64,000 nucleotides of DNA from Octopus bimaculoides (lineage: Eukaryota). Shown in pieces: positions 1 through 13,149 of this stretch. The notes under the pieces are model-generated. The model was not told the origin of the DNA. It worked only from the letters and a program-made list of their open reading frames with translations, and made no database searches. How positions within the stretch are numbered: the first letter of the stretch is position 1; each line of letters starts with the position of its first letter. Position numbers and translations under genes: made by a program. The stretch is from the NCBI RefSeq assembly GCF_001194135.2, contig NC_068981.1:32840914-32904913 (forward strand). Direction: 5' to 3'.

Positions 1-224
1 TGAGTATGTGCGGGTGGATGTGTTTGTGTGTGTGTATATAGCTTATAAATATATATACACACATGCATACGCGCACACACATATATAAAGGTCGATAAAA
101 TAGGTACTTGAGAGTGTGTGTGCGTAAATGCATATGCGTATGAGTATGTGCGGGTGGATGTGTTTGTGTGTGTGTATATGTATGTGCGTGTGTGCGTGTG
201 TGTATGTATGTATGTGTGTTTCTG

Positions 225-714
225 TGTACTTATGTTTTATCTTGGTATAAAAGAACGGCTACGATAAATACTCTGCTCAATACCACAGATTTTCTTGTCA
301 GTTGTTTCACCTTAACCAGTTGAGTATGTCCCTTGGTGGCTGACGATATGTGCATCTCTGATCATGAGCAGAAGTAGTGGGAGAGTATCATAGCCATGTG
401 TTGAGAGGAATTCTTTGGGATTTCAATAATTCACCTCTCAAAATATGGGTGTTTTGTTCATCATCTTTAAACAACCCTTATTGAGGGACCTTTTGAGCAG
501 GATGGGCTACTCAACCTGACGAAAATTCTAACTAGGCCTCACCTGCAAGGTCATGCGCTGTTTATCATGATATGAGATCACCATATCACGCACATGTGGT
601 TGTGATGCATGTGCCTGTTATACCCTTATCAGACAGGTAGTCATGATGGGTATACTGGGTTTCGTATATTTCACCCTAATGTCACTTTGATGGCATGCTC
701 TGCTCTCTCACTCA

Positions 715-787
<73 letters not shown>
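225..787 (+). repeat. Unclassified retroposon-like 3' end with (AAT)n tail
   Basis: Non-coding segment ending ctgctctctcactcaata directly followed by about 23 AAT units (719-787). Confidence 0.5.
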
Positions 788-1091
788 GTAAATTTTAACA
801 ACACTTTCACTATTATAACTATGGCCGCTACAGCAAATGATTACAACAAACAAAGATGATTATGATGATCACTATCATGACCCCCAAGACCACGTAATTG
901 TGGAACGATCTTCTTAATTATCCACCTATGTCCACTCCTATATATGTATTACAAAAATTGCTGGCATTTGATCGTTTGTAGAAACTTCTATGAATCAAAT
1001 TCGATCTGTTCGATATTGCAATCAGAAAATTTCTCTCAAACAACTCTTTCCCTAGAGGTAGAATCTTCAAAATGCTTCAAGCCCTGGATCG

Positions 1092-1268
1092 TAGGACGTA
1101 ACTGTGCGGTAAAGAAGCTCGATCCGCAACCATATGGTTCCGGGTTCAGTCCCACTGCGTGGCACCTTGGGCAAGTGTCTTCTACTATAGCCTCGGGCCG
1201 GCCAAAGCCTTGTGAGGAGATTTGGTAGACAGAAACTGAAAGAAGCCCGTCGTGTATANNNNNNNNNN

Positions 1269-1307
<39 letters not shown>

Positions 1308-1509
1308 TATGTCTTTGTTAGCTCCCCCACCAGTGCTCGACAACCGGCGCTGGTGTGTTTACGTTCTCGTGACTTAGCTGTTCGGCTAAGTACCAGGCTT
1401 AAAAGATAAATGTAGAGGTCGATTCGTTCGACTAAAATTTCTCAATGCGGTGCCCCAGCATGGCCGCAGTCTAATGACTGAAACAAGTAGAAGATAAAAG
1501 ATAAAAGAT
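1092..1509 (+). mobile_element. SINE family A (tRNA-like head, CORE-like body, internal TA microsatellite)
   Basis: B-box-like ggttcagtccc, body gcaccttgggcaagtgtcttctactatagcctcggg, tail ...aatgactgaaacaagt; homologous to 11142-11553. Confidence 0.88.
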
Positions 1510-3390
1510 ACAACTACGGTTAATTATTTGTATCGTTCCAACAACTCTTTCCTCTTCTCTCTTTCCTTTTCTTTCTCTCGCTCTCTCTCTCTCTCTCTTT
1601 CCTTATATCAGAATTGTTAGAGTGTCAGACAACATACTGGTGCCAACTTTGCCTTCCATCCTTCCGAGATCAACAAAACAAAGTAGTCTTAGGCGAGTAG
1701 TTTAATCCACTGTCCCACCACCATCCATTTTCTTGCTATTTTTTGTCTTTGTTTCGTTTTATTTGGTTTTGGTTTTTTTTTTTCTGCGGTTATTGTTGTT
1801 GTTTTGTAGTTTTCGTATTTCATAATTATTTTTTTAAAACTCTTGGGTATGGNNNNNNNNNNTAAGAAGCTTGCTTCCCAACCACATGGTTTTGGGTTCA
1901 GTCCCACTGCGTAGCACATTGGGCAAGTGTCTTCTATTCAAGCTGACCAAAGCCTTGTGAGTGGATTTGGTAAACGGAAACCGAGTGGGTAATGTGAAGA
2001 CTTGGGCATTAACACAATACAAGGGACGAGATGATAATAGACAAGTAAATATGATGAACCTGAGAGAGGGTGACATAAGATCAGTCAGCCTGTGAGGAAC
2101 AGAAGTCATAGTAGAGAGAGAGAGAGAGAGAGAGATAGAGTGAATAGGTTGGTAGCGATATGGAGTAACTTTGAGCCACATTCTATGATAGTAAAGGTGC
2201 ATGGCTTAGTGGTTAGGGCATTCGGCTCACGGTCGTAAGGTCGTGAGTGCGATCCACGACGGTGCATTGTTTTCTTGAGCAAAACATTTTATTTCATGTT
2301 GTTCCAGTCCTTTCAGCTGGCAAAAAAATGAGTAGTATCAGTATTTCAAAGGGCAAGCTTTGTCACATCCTGTGTCACATTGAATCTCCCTGAAAACTAT
2401 GTTAAGAGTACGAGTGTCTGTGGAGTGCTCAGCCACTTACACGTCAATTGCTCTCACATTACACAGCTAGAGCTGACATACAAACCGAATCTTTTGCGAT
2501 CCTTTAACTCAACACAATAATAAGATTTAACCCCTAAAACATATCTGTAACCAACACACAGATACTTCAAAGGCCATTTCAGATAAATCTCCGCCCAAAT
2601 GATTCCGTCCCCATTCTCTTAGGCTCAACAACAGATACGTGAATGTCTGAACAGTCCTATTACTATTTTGTGATCCTACTGTAACAGTGGATTTTTATGC
2701 CAATATTGGCAGAATAAGCCACCTCAGAATCCATAAAGAATAAAGCTGCTAATTAGGACATTTTCAAAGACGAGATGGACAAACAGTCAAACAACAGAGC
2801 CAGAGCAACCCCGATTGAGAAGGTTTATATTCAACGTATTCCAGTTGTTTCCACCCCTTCATGAAAAGAGACAAATTTATTTAGAATGACCCTATCCAAT
2901 GTGCCCGATCTTTTTTTTTTTTTAAATTTAGTATGGTGTAATTTAAGGAAATTTTGGGTGCTATTTCTTGCATGCTAAATGAGAAGGTAAAGACTGCTTA
3001 CCACGTTAGCTCGTTAGAATGGTACTGGTGATATTTGTTCTAATGTTTTGCGGAGGAAGTTTCCTGGGCTCGGGTGAAAATAATATTATTGAGTATTGTA
3101 TGTTAATAGAGGTAACATAAACTGTTACCACTACTGCAGTGTGTGGTTCAGGGGCTCATTTTGCAAGAAAGTCCAACCGACTTCGAGGTCATTGCACAGC
3201 CCAAGTCTGTTCTACTATAAATTCCAGTATGATCTCGGGTTGAGGTTGACCCGTGGCTTACTACGTACAAGGCACTGGTGAACTGTACAAAATCCCATTG
3301 AATTTATGCTCCTAGCATCTGATGAGACGGACATATTCATACGTACCCACGAAACTTTAAGTCATGCGGAGCTGAGTCAAACAGTTTGTG

Positions 3391-3424
<34 letters not shown>

Positions 3425-4429
3425 ATATATATACATACATATACATTTATAAATACGTACATATATATATACACACATTAACGCACATATATACACATAT
3501 ATATATAATTATGTGTGGGTTTGTGTATGTATACATGTGGTTGTATATACATGTGTGTATAAGTGTGCGAGCGCTTGTTCGCGAGTGTTGAAATAAACTA
3601 AAGCAACGACAGCAACAAAAACAAGACAACAAACTTAGATAAGCATTGTTTACCGAAAGTAAACGCAATCACTACAATCTGCTAATTATTTTTGACACCA
3701 TTAGTCTGAGCGAAATGGCGATAAAGCAGGCGTGATAACTTTGGCACTGCATTACGGCTCACGTTTTAATCTTTTCCTTTCAATATTGACGACAATTGTT
3801 CTAAATGATAACTTGTTTTAGGTGTAAACGAGGTAGTCGTTTTTCTCGTTCTACCATTTCGCCTTTACCTGTCCGTGTTAAGTTTCACACATTGAAAATA
3901 GTTGTTCTTATGGATCTAACAGACGTTCTATTTCATTGAAGAAGTCGGAAAGTTCAGAAAGGTGTTTTTGGTTTTCTTTCTTTTTGTTTTTTGTTTTTTT
4001 TTTATCAAAAGATAAATGACATCTCGTTATGTACACACATACACACACACACACACCCACACACACACACACAAGTACACACACATATACATATACATAT
4101 ATACACAAACACATATATATATAAGTATGCAAGTATATATGTGTGTGTGTGTGTGTGTGTCTGTACATATATATACATATATATATATATATACACACAT
4201 ACTTATGTACATTATATATACACGCATATATATAGATGTATACATGTATATATATATATGTGTGCGTGTGTGTGTGGGTGTATATATATATACATATATA
4301 TATATATTGCATATATAAATACATACACACACACACACACATATACATATATATATATATATATATATAATGAAGTTCAATATATAGTTTGTTTACGCAT
4401 CCTTTATACACCAAGGTTCCTTAGCAAAA

Positions 4430-5448
4430 AAATCTTTGGCTAAGGTAACCTCTACCAAATGACATCATAGATTCCAATTACAGTCGACTAAAGCACCAAC
4501 AGCAATTCCCCTCTTCCAAACTTCACTTGACCGTGACGAAAAATATTCCTCCAGTACTCTTCTGACCTCGTCTACGGAATTTATATTTTTTCTCTTCCAA
4601 ATGATTTTGAAGACTACGGAATAAATGATAATCAGATGGGGCAATGTTCGGCGAATATGGTGAGTGGAGCATCGTTTCCCATTCAAATTGCTCCAGCCTT
4701 GGGAATGTCATCCTCGTTGTATGTGGCTGAGCATTATCTTGATGGAAAAACACCTTTCGTCTTGAAACCAAATATGGTCGTTTTCTTTTAGCGCTAACTT
4801 AAGCCGCTCGAGCTGCTCGCAGTAGATCTCCTTTGTTATCGTTTGGTTTGGGTTTAAAAGTTCAAAGCGGACTAAACCTTCCCTATCCCACCAAACAGAT
4901 AAGAACACCTCGGTGAAGACCTTCTTTAGCCTGGGGTGCTGGTGTTTCTCCTTTCCCTATCTACTATCTTTGGTGCTTGACATTTTTATAGAGAACCTGT
5001 TTCTCGTAGCCAGTCATTACTCGGTCCAAAAAAGATTCATTTGTGAGACGTGACAGCAAAGAAGAGTGCACTCTGCACGCGATTAGACTCGGAAAGGTTG
5101 TAAGGAATCTATTGAACCAATTTGCTGACTTTTCCGATGGTATACATGTGTCGATGAATGGTTGAATGACCAAATCCAAGCTTCTCTGCTAGTTCTTCAA
5201 CATTTACGATGAGATTTTGTTCCACCAGGGTTTGCAGGACGTCCTCATCGAGCTCTACAGAACTTCCAGGACAAGGCTCGTCTTCTAGTCTGAAGTTTCC
5301 GGCTCAGAATTTCTGGAAAAACCGTTGACACTGGCTTACGCTTATTGTCCAATCTCCATATACTGCATTAATATTCCTCACACCATCCGTTGTGTTGTTG
5401 CCTTTATTGAACTCATAAAGTAAAATATGCCGAATATGTCACTTCCAT
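4430..5448 (-). mobile_element. Mariner (DD34D) transposon relic, near full-length disrupted transposase
   Basis: ATG at 5448 then HIRHILLYEFNK...ELAEKLGFGHSTIHRH (HTH region), FLDRVMTGYEK (TGDEK motif), FHQDNAQPH, HSPYSPNIAPSDYHLFRSLQNHL; several stops and frameshifts. TIRs not resolved. Confidence 0.93.
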
Positions 5449-5569
5449 AATAGCTTTAAAAAATAACTGTTAAAATCGAACTGCACTCTTCAAAACTTGC
5501 ACTAAGAATAAGTACAAGGTAAAATAACTACCAGCTTTTATAGCAAGTTGATGAAAATAATATATTTCG

Positions 5570-5992
5570 TCCCCCGGCATTAGTTAACAGAATACGAGCT
5601 CCTCTGCTGCAAAACAACGCAAAACCTCATATTGCTTGTACGACTCGGAATAAACTCTAGGAACTTGAGTGAATCGAGCTGATTCCACACCTAGCATACA
5701 GTCCGGATCTGACTACCTAAGATTCTTACTTGTTTCGATCCATGGCTCATCTCTTGCACACACGACGCTTTATCAACCAAGAGGATATGAAAATTTCACT
5801 GATGGAGTTCTTCGCCTCGAAGGCTAAGGACTAGTATCAGCGTGGGATCAAGAAACAGACAAAAAACTGGCTTCAGACGGTGCAACACGATGGCCTCTAC
5901 TTTAAATGTTAGGCTGCTTTTGTTGCAACATGACGAATAAAGCAAATAGGTTACCAAAATACTACCAAATTTCTGACTCAACACAATATAAT
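5570..5992 (+). mobile_element. Second mariner relic, 3' fragment of a different subfamily
   Basis: Translates with stops as PALVNR...LLQNNAKPH...IELIPHLAYSPDL...YLFRSMAHLLH...EFFASK...QRGIKK...WLQTVQHDGLYF, followed by a TIR-like end (ctgactcaacacaata) plus TA. Confidence 0.85.
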
Positions 5993-6416
5993 GGAAAGCG
6001 TCATTAAGTAAAAGTTAATCCTTTAACATATTAAATCCTTTAACAGATTAAAGTCGACCTCGGCGGAATTTGAACTCAGTACGTGAGGACAAGCGAAATA
6101 CCGCTAAGCATTTCGCCCGGCGTGCTAACAATTCTGCCAGATCGCTACCTTACTTGTACCATTAATAATGTCACATGTTCTTTGCCTCTTCTCTTGCAAA
6201 GATGATGCTATTAAAGATTCTGGAATTACAGAAATGTTAAAGTACCAAGCTAAATACTTTTTTGCATTCAGTTATGTTATTTTTGTGCTCTAAAATTCAA
6301 GTCGCACGCAACCCTATTTTGCTTTTTCTTATACCAGGTCGACGAAGTAAGTACCTGTCGAGAAATCGTCTCGCTTTAATCCACTATGTATGTATGTATG
6401 TATGTATGTATGTACG

Positions 6417-6518
6417 TCATTATTCAGTTTTATTTCAAGATTTCTTGCCAATAGAAAAAGAGCCTGTTTCTAACCTAGATCCAAGGCTCCTTCATTGGAA
6501 TTTCAACAAAATCAACAG
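6417..6518 (-). mobile_element. Very short 3' end of the RLE retrotransposon family inside a (TATG)n tract
   Basis: Shares the core gagcc.gtttctaac..agat.caaggctcc.tc.ttggaat with 9715-9770 and 44668-44720; (TATG)n on both sides. Confidence 0.6.
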
Positions 6519-8120
6519 GGTATGTATGTATGTATGTATGTATGTATGTATGTATGTGTATGCATGTTTTTCTAATGACCAACGTTAGAAATATTTATTA
6601 TAACAATTCTGTGTACACTAAATGCTGTAGGACTAAATACGGATGGATCAAACCTACAAACCGATTTTCCCGATTTCCACACCTCGTTAAGATCAATTAA
6701 TTTCATTTCTGCAATAAATGCTCTGAGCGAAAATCAACATTACAATTTCACATTTCCTTTCTAATGCTTTAGAGCTTTTGTCCAAGTAACTTTGTACTAT
6801 TACAACTACCATCAATGCTACACGACATTATATTAGAATTATATATCTAATACATATATAACAAGTTTCACCAACTCTGTATAGACAATCTCTACTAACA
6901 TTATATAATGACATCTTCCGCAGGTACTATAATATCAACAAATATTGCCATCCAAGTTGTGTTATTAAACAACTTCTGAATCAACCAAACAGAAATAGAG
7001 ACCAAATACCCATTACATCACACCGACAAAATTGAGAGGGTTCATTTGATTATGCAATTCTAGATTCATTATTTTCCAGATAACATGTGATTTTGTTGTT
7101 TTTATTACTGCCACCGCCGCCACAGCTGCTTCTTTCGTTTTTGCTGTTGCTATTGTTGCATTTGGCCAGTCCTTGTCAAGGAAGCCTATGATTAATGGTA
7201 TTCCAGCCTTTTCATGTGCTTGCATGACTAAATTATCTAATACTACCTTTCACTTCTATCACCATATTTTAAGAACGATATGGTGTGATTTGTAGCCGCT
7301 ATTTCTACTAGATGAACGATAGCGTAGAGTTTCGCTACTTGACTTAGGCTTCCCCGTTAAGCATGGTTATAAAATTTCAGCATCCAATATCCGAAGAGGC
7401 TCTTCATAATTAAAATATGGGATATGAAAATGTCCGTGTGAGAGAGAAAGATAATTCTTGGTTGAAAACTGCAATGAAAAGAATGAGAAGGATCAATGAG
7501 TTCCAAAAATTGTTTGAGTTTTAGGTATGAGGAACAAATATTTGATCGTGATTGAAATAAACTTCAAATCAAAATAAATTAAACTATTGTTTTATGCCCA
7601 GGTGAGTAAAGTTAATACTGGAAATGGTCAACTACAACATATGGACATACAGTTTGATACTGATGTCTTGTGTTGATTGGGTAGGGAATACAGACATGAC
7701 TTCTTGAAGTAAATGCAGTAACGTAATGAAATTGCGTCCGGAACCTGCAGCAGCTTATATGGGTTGCAGCATTAGCTCCGGTTTCATGGCACATAGCAAA
7801 CAAAAGATAAATCTTCCTCTAGATTTTGTGTCTGTGTTCAGATATTTTAAAGCCAATTATTAACGGTTTGATAAATAAATACAATGGAGAATAAAGTAGG
7901 CTTCTTTTCCTAAAAAAAAAATTAGAAATGGCTGTCAGATTTGAAACCATGACCTAAGAACAGATAACTCAATCCCCTATCCACTAACCCCATTCACTCG
8001 TACAAATGATTGGTGGGAACAGAATAGGGATTTTGGTTCTTTGTTTTCTTTCAATTATTTACGGGTATGTAGACAAGTAGGAAGACGTGGAATACAAAGA
8101 AAAGTGGGGGATTCTGTCAC

Positions 8121-8165
<45 letters not shown>

Positions 8166-8175
8166 NNNNNNNNNN

Positions 8176-8217
<42 letters not shown>

Positions 8218-9602
8218 GTGAACAGGTAATGAAACAATGTTGTGAACTACATCAAGATGACAGTTTATTTGTTCCCTTTTCTTGCTGCCACAAGAAATCT
8301 AATATTATCTCTAATATATTAAGTAATCAACTTCTTTGAAGATTTACAAAAGTTTAGTTAAACTTTGCTTTTTTCGGCTTTTTTCCTACAACAATATTCT
8401 GTAGTTAATAAGAGTGTGATATAATTTACGTTAATTCTGAAATCCATGTAAAAGAGACATGTAGTGAAGTTACTTCGAAAACCGAATGGAGCCATCCTTA
8501 AAAGAATTAAAAATTACTTGTTAAAAACAAATCAGATTCTTTTTTTTTTTTTCTTTTTTTTTCTTTTTAAAAAGCGAAAAGATTTCTTGCTAGAATATTG
8601 AAACATTTAAACAGATGTTCTGATTGAATTTCTTGAAATATCATCATGGAGCTTACAATCATTTGATTAAAGATTTTCTATTAGATTCTAGCTTACAACT
8701 GGATGTAGCAGATGAGACTTTTGCAAGCCTGCATCATACACTAATTTAATGACAAATGATCTTCAGCGTTTTGAATTACTTCAGTGTTACATAAGAGCCA
8801 GTAGATTTTAAATGTAACTCACCAGACCAATTCCATCGGAAATTCCTCGGTAAAATAATTATCTTTCTCTTCAGTGTTGCTTCCAGTGATGTTGTGAGGA
8901 ACAAACTATCAAAAAATAAATCTCTAATCCGTCGTTTCGAATTAATCCTGATGTGATATTACGTTCTTAATTCACCCTTTTCAAAGTGTCTCGCTGCCCC
9001 ATTCATATTTAATTTCTTGATTCGCATGCTTCCATTTCTTAACTTTTCTTTATATTTTTTCTTTTCTAAAATAGTTCTAACGATGTTCTAATGTCTATAT
9101 CGGTTACGCGTCTACGTATCTATCTATACGATCCACTTGCAAGCATGTTCGTACATATACGTATATTTCTGTGTGTATGTGTGTGTTATCAGTCAGTTAT
9201 TTTTCTCCGTACCTTCTTTGCTATTGTACCAGAATCGAAATTTTGTCAAAAACTAAGATACAACATTATCTGTTTTATTTTATTGCTGCAAGTCCAAACA
9301 AATATAAAGTTAAATATATTAACTTTTGCAAAGTTTTGCATAATTTTCCTTGACATTTCAATTAAAATTACACAATTGATTCGTAGTAACTCATGTTCTG
9401 AATTTAGTTTCCTTGAGATTATTAACAAATGGGTTTTTGCAACAACAAAAAAAGTGAAAAGAGAAAATCTGACCCGTTGTTCAAGATGTAATCAGGAGAA
9501 AACAAAATATACAGACGCACACACACACACATATACATACATATATACATACATACATACATACATACATACATACATACATACATACATACNNNNNNNN
9601 NN

Positions 9603-9960
9603 GTTCAGTTTTATTTCCAAGATTTCCCGCCAATAGAGGAAGAGCCGGTTTCTAAGTACGTATGTATGTATGTATGTATGTCTCTTCTGCACTTAATCAT
9701 TTTAAATTCTTCCTCTGAAGAAGGAGCTGGTTCTAACAAAGATACAAAGCTCCATCTTTGGAATGTAGATAGCGAAATAATGTCACGTTTTAAACCTTTC
9801 ACAGTTACTGGCGGGCTTTTTCCAGTTTGTGTGGACGTTGTTTATTCGGCATAAACGGTGCTCGGTTGAACCGATAATTCCTGCAAAAGCAAAGAGTTCG
9901 AAGATCACAAAGGGAACCTGATTGTTTGGAGCATTTGTGTGTGTCATGAATGAGTCTTAG
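9603..9960 (-). mobile_element. Two stacked 3' ends of the RLE retrotransposon family separated by a (TATG)n tract
   Basis: 9603-9655 matches 6420-6470; 9681-9770 matches 44630-44720 including the terminal segment; (TATG)n at 9661-9680. Confidence 0.6.
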
Positions 9961-11141
9961 AGTAACTAAATTTAAGTAGAGAATTGAGAAATACGGACAT
10001 CCTCGCTAATAATTTGAATAAATCAAAATGTCGCTTTTGAGAAAACACAATTTAAAGGTTTAACCGGAAAACTTTTTGCTTTCTTGTAGTACAAAACTAA
10101 TCAAATTTTTGTGCGCATCAACTAGTAATATAATGTTATTTGAGTTACAAATGAAGAATTTAAAATTTGAGCACATTTGGGTAAGTTTTCTTACTAGACA
10201 TACAACCATTTCAATACATAACTATGTCAAAGTATACAACACTTAGCTCTAATTAAATAGGGTGTGTGGTCACGCGATCAGTTGATTGACCAGACTATCG
10301 GAGGTTGTTATACAGCTCTGGTCACAATGCACTTCGCATCGTTTTAGCTTTCGAATGACGTCACCCGCTGGTTAGGTGAGCAGGCCAAGATAAAGTATGT
10401 ACAGACAACAATTCCAGAATATAAAAAACATGTTAACTTATACGACTTTTAGTCCATTGTTTCGTCACCTTTCACTTCTATCACCAACTATTTGTCCAAA
10501 TTATAGTAGTATTTTCGGTATTGAAAGCTTTTGGCAAAGAATCACGAATTTTTTGTTTTTCCTTCAGTTTCTCTAAAACTATATTCTTCGTCTTCTTCTC
10601 TACCCTGGTGCTTTGTTCTTTTAGTTACATCAAAATAGACTTACTTGCCAAGATAGAGTCTATTATGAATTATATAATTTGTGACTTCCAAATCTTTACT
10701 CGTCCGTTTTCTTATTTATAGTATCTTGAAAAAGTATTGCGATGTCTAAATTCATACATTGGTACTCTTCAACTACGTTTTATAGTTTCTTCTTTGGAAT
10801 AATTCTAAAGTTTGTTATACCACAATTCTGAAGTAAGATTTTAAATGCATTTTAAAGAGTCGTGCGTTATCGCTCTAACATTGACTGTGACCAGATTTTA
10901 ATATACCTCCTCCCAGCATTTGGCGTCAGAATTCGAAAACGAGAATAGGCTTGCAAACTTCCCTTAATGTCTGTGGATATCACGAAATTTGGTTTTTATT
11001 CTTAAGAGACGTAATACTCTCTGACTACGATTAACAACTTTTTTTTGTTGGGTAGGGAAGTACTGCACTTTTACCAAAAGAAACTAGAGAATTTAGACCT
11101 ATAATACATACGCCGGATAAAACTTATATCTAAATATATAT

Positions 11142-11553
11142 AGGCTTAGGAGTGGCTGTGTGGTAAGTAGCTTGCCTACGAACCATATGGTTCCGGGTTC
11201 AGTCCCACTGCGTGGCACCTTGGGCAAGTACCTTCTACTATAGCCTCGGGCCGACCAAAGCTTTGTGAGTGGATTTGGTAAACGGAAACTGAAAGAAGCC
11301 CGTCGTATATATGTATATATATGTGTGTGTGTGTGTATATGTTTGTATGTCTGTGTTTGTCCCCCCAACGTCGCTTGACAACCGATGCTGCTGTGTTTAC
11401 GTCCCCGTAACTTAGCGGTTCGGCAAATGAGACCGATAGAATAAGTACTAGGCTTAGAAAAAATAAGTCGTGGGGTCAATCTGCTCGACTAAAGACGGTG
11501 CTCCAGCATGGCCACAGTCAAATGACTGAAACAAGTAAAAGAGTAAAAGAGTA
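11142..11553 (+). mobile_element. SINE family A, full length
   Basis: tggctgtgtggtaag (A box-like) ... ggttcagtccc (B box-like), internal (TA)/(TG) tract, terminal gagtaaaagagta repeats. Other copies or fragments at about 1853, 11700 (inverted), 17338, 28700 (inverted), 36230, 39730, 44390, 48790, 52940, 57120 (inverted). Confidence 0.92.
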
Positions 11554-11611
11554 TATACCCAGTGGACTTACGCAATTTTTGAAGTCACGGCTATGCGGAT
11601 TAGCCAAGATA

Positions 11612-11652
<41 letters not shown>

Positions 11653-13149
11653 AAACACACACACACACACACACATACACAGATGTACAGATACATACAC
11701 ACATACATACATATATGTATATACGACCGGCTTTCACACAGTTTCCTCTCCCAAGTTCACACACAAGGCATTTGTCCATGGGGGGAGGGTATGGCACAAG
11801 ACACTTGCCCAAGGTGCCGTATCGTTGATCTGAACCCGAAATCACCTTATTACAAAGCGGGTTTCTTAACTACACTACATTATATTTCTAATGTCACTTT
11901 CACTGATTGCAAAGAATCTACTACCGAACTCTATCATCAGAATTATTAAACCACCTAATCACTGAAGGTTAACAGCCTTATAGACTACATCCAGTTCACT
12001 CCTTGTTGGATTTATCTATCTGCATTTAGAGTTTGCGAGTAAAATAATTTTTAGGATCTTTGAAAGTAATATAAACAATCTCTCTTTTGAGAATAGTTAC
12101 TAGGAGTTGTGCTTCCAAGTAAAGTAAATTATTTATAAGATTTGGGGTTTTTCCATTGGTTTTCCTTATGTTATCAGAATTATTAACATAAACTTATAAG
12201 CTTCTTAATTTTTTTTATTTTTTTTTCTTTTTCATTGAAACAGCTATGTTTGGAATTTCTGAAAGTTTCAATATCTTATTGAGATTATTTTGAAAGAATA
12301 CTTACTATTTTGATGACATATCAGATGCGAATTTTCTTCGAAATGAAAAGTCTCAAAAAGTTACCTTGGGTCCTATATGGGAAGTTGGGCCTTCTGTAAG
12401 TTATAATGCACTTAATACTTTTTTATTCTTGAATAGGTGTTGCTAAAATTGGCTTCTGTCTTATATGTCCGCGCGTCAACAAAATCTTGTCCTTCTAATC
12501 ATATTCAAAGTGCCGGATTCAAAATGCTTGAAAACTTCGCGAAATTTATAGGTTTATCGTTAAATTTTCTCTGTCTAATAACAACTTCATTCTGATTTTA
12601 AATATTTCAGCTTTTGTTTTCTTTTCCAGTATATGTGTAAATATCCCGGTTGTACATTTATAAATATATTATGCGATAAATTTTTCGACAAACGAAAGTA
12701 TAAAACTTTATGTAGCGACAATCCGAAGTCTCAGCTTCAAATTATAATAAATAGATATAGTCTGGTGACATGATAGGAAAGTCATTTGGTACATTATTTT
12801 TAATGAACAATCTATTGAATTTACACTCTAAGCAAACAAAGAAATTATTCATTTTGTGCATGAATAATTTGTTAGTTCGATAAGATGTGACTACAATAAA
12901 TTATTCATTTAAAGTATATCACACCAGACAGCTTTTTTATTATTTTACTAAAACTGTCTATGATATAGTGTTTCCATGATTCTCCAATGCTTTGAATATG
13001 TGTATGTGCTTGCGCGCGCGTATGTATGTATACCGAGAGAAAGAGTTCGAAATAGACAGACAGATATATACATACATAAGTGGATAATGGGTACATATAA
13101 GGATAACTTTAGAGTTATATGTGCGACTATTGCAGCACTTGTGCTAATG

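Noticed and set aside
1-180. 39-bp direct repeat at 1 and 141
   Set aside because: Embedded in TG/CA-rich low-complexity sequence at the window edge; ordinary local duplication.
7580-7810. Perfect plus-strand donor CAG|GTGAGT at about 7601 and a 63-aa minus ORF
   Set aside because: No upstream open exon with an acceptor and no recognisable product.
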